The notes under the pieces: model-generated | What the model saw: only the letters and a program-made list of their open reading frames with translations | Told to the model about the DNA's origin: nothing | Databases searched by the model: none | In this document: positions 63,301 to 64,000 of the stretch, piece by piece | Layout of the letters: the number at the start of each line of letters is the position of its first letter | Position numbering within the stretch: position 1 is the stretch's first letter | Translations under genes and position numbers: made by a program | Origin: Takakia lepidozioides | Taxonomy: Eukaryota; Plantae; Bryophyta | NCBI GenBank assembly: GCA_030704615.1 | Contig: CM060731.1 | Coordinates: 75,020,001 to 75,084,000 of the forward strand | Reading direction: 5' to 3' | Length of the DNA: 64,000 bases

Positions 63301-64000
63301 ATATGAGCAAATGTTGCGGCAAGGGATGAAGCTGGACCAGGTTACATTCGTTTCTGTTTGCAAGGCGTGTGCGAGCCTGGCAACCCTAGAAAAGGGCAAA
63401 GAGATCCATGCTGACATCATCAAAGCGGGAGTTGTACCAGATATCATTCTGAATACTGCCTTGGTGGATATGTATGCCAAATGCGGCAGCATCGAGGATG
63501 CGAAGGCGGTTTTCAACAACATGGCTGAACGAAATGTTGTATCCTGGAGTGCGATGATCACAGGGTATGCCCAACATGGGTGTGGCATGGAGGCTTTGGA
63601 GATGTATGAGCAAATGGCGCGGAAAGGGGTAAAGCCGGACCGGGTCACGTTCGTTTGCGTATGCACTGCGTGCGCGAGCCTGGCAGCTCTGCAGAAGGGC
63701 AAAGAGGTCCATAGTGACATCATCAAAGCGGGAATTGTACCAGATGTCTTTCTGAACACTGCCTTGGTGGACATGTATGCCAAATGTGGGAGCATCGAGG
63801 ATGCAAAGGGAGTTTTCAACACAATGGCGGAACGAAATGTGGTGTCCTGGAACGCGATGATTGCAGGATATGCCCAGCATGGGTTCGGGATGGAGGCTTT
63901 GGAGACATATGAGCAAATGGTGCAGCAAGGGGTAATTCCAGACCGGATCACGTTCGTTTGCGTTTGCAATGCTTGTGCTAGCCTGTCAGCGCTGGAAAAG
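60393..64000 (+). CDS. Fusion protein: putative transit peptide + 3 OSB-type PDF motifs + PLS-class PPR array (3' end outside window)
   Basis: Exons 60393(?)-60708, 60862-60935, 61202-61409, 61618-61697, 61867-61999, 62154-62230 and 62447->64000; all GT-AG and phase-compatible. PDF1 EQRWQEFYEDQWWDCNGDK|TTTKSPDYRHK..W...NPPWL. PDF2 EQRWHAFFKDPALWGDNRNRK|TNPRSPDYRHK..LWVDGWLNPPWV. PDF3 ERLWKEYFSDPSQWWDNRGKK|ISPRGPEFKHKITCESLWIDSYKKPAWV. The same exon continues without a stop into LCEAGRLKEAL... and repeating L-S-P motifs. Confidence 0.88.
62730..64000 (+). repeat. PPR coding array with 303-nt (101-aa, P35-L35-S31) periodicity
   Basis: LEKGKEVH-type codons recur at 63083, 63386, 63689 and 63992. 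Confidence 0.95.

Noticed and set aside
62806-63969. 387-aa minus-strand ORF and nested minus-strand ORFs with 101-aa repeats
   Set aside because: Antisense shadow of the plus-strand PPR array. The ORF track omits the real frame because it has no stop inside the window.

Overview
Intron-containing nuclear DNA of a land plant, most likely a non-seed plant (bryophyte, lycophyte or fern). This is inferred from the highly regular PLS-PPR array and the element families. All family assignments below are motif recognition by eye; no database search was run. 1-11.5 kb is transposon-derived. It holds the 3' end of a CACTA element (TIR ends at 1915), inserted into a larger decayed element. That element carries a ParB/Srx-like gene, an unknown gene and a SWIM-finger gene, and is studded with >20 copies of a 16-bp palindrome (TAGTCG-N4-CGACTA). 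TTAA-flanked piggyBac-like miniature elements follow. Next come an intronless nuclear double-motif LAGLIDADG ORF with a substituted catalytic acid and a Crinkler/REase-like pseudogene. Ordinary host genes follow: a DUF789 protein, glycerophosphocholine acyltransferase, a divergent RAV (AP2+B3) factor, an RluA/TruC-type pseudouridine synthase and an ABC1K3-like kinase. The best novelty candidate is at the right edge and is missed by the ORF track. It is a spliced gene fusing three OSB-type PDF ssDNA-binding motifs, without an SSB domain, in frame to a PLS-class PPR array. Two decayed paralogues of the PDF-to-PPR junction lie at about 27.6 kb and 47.2 kb, so this appears to be a gene family. The second candidate is the ParB-like gene plus palindrome-array element.
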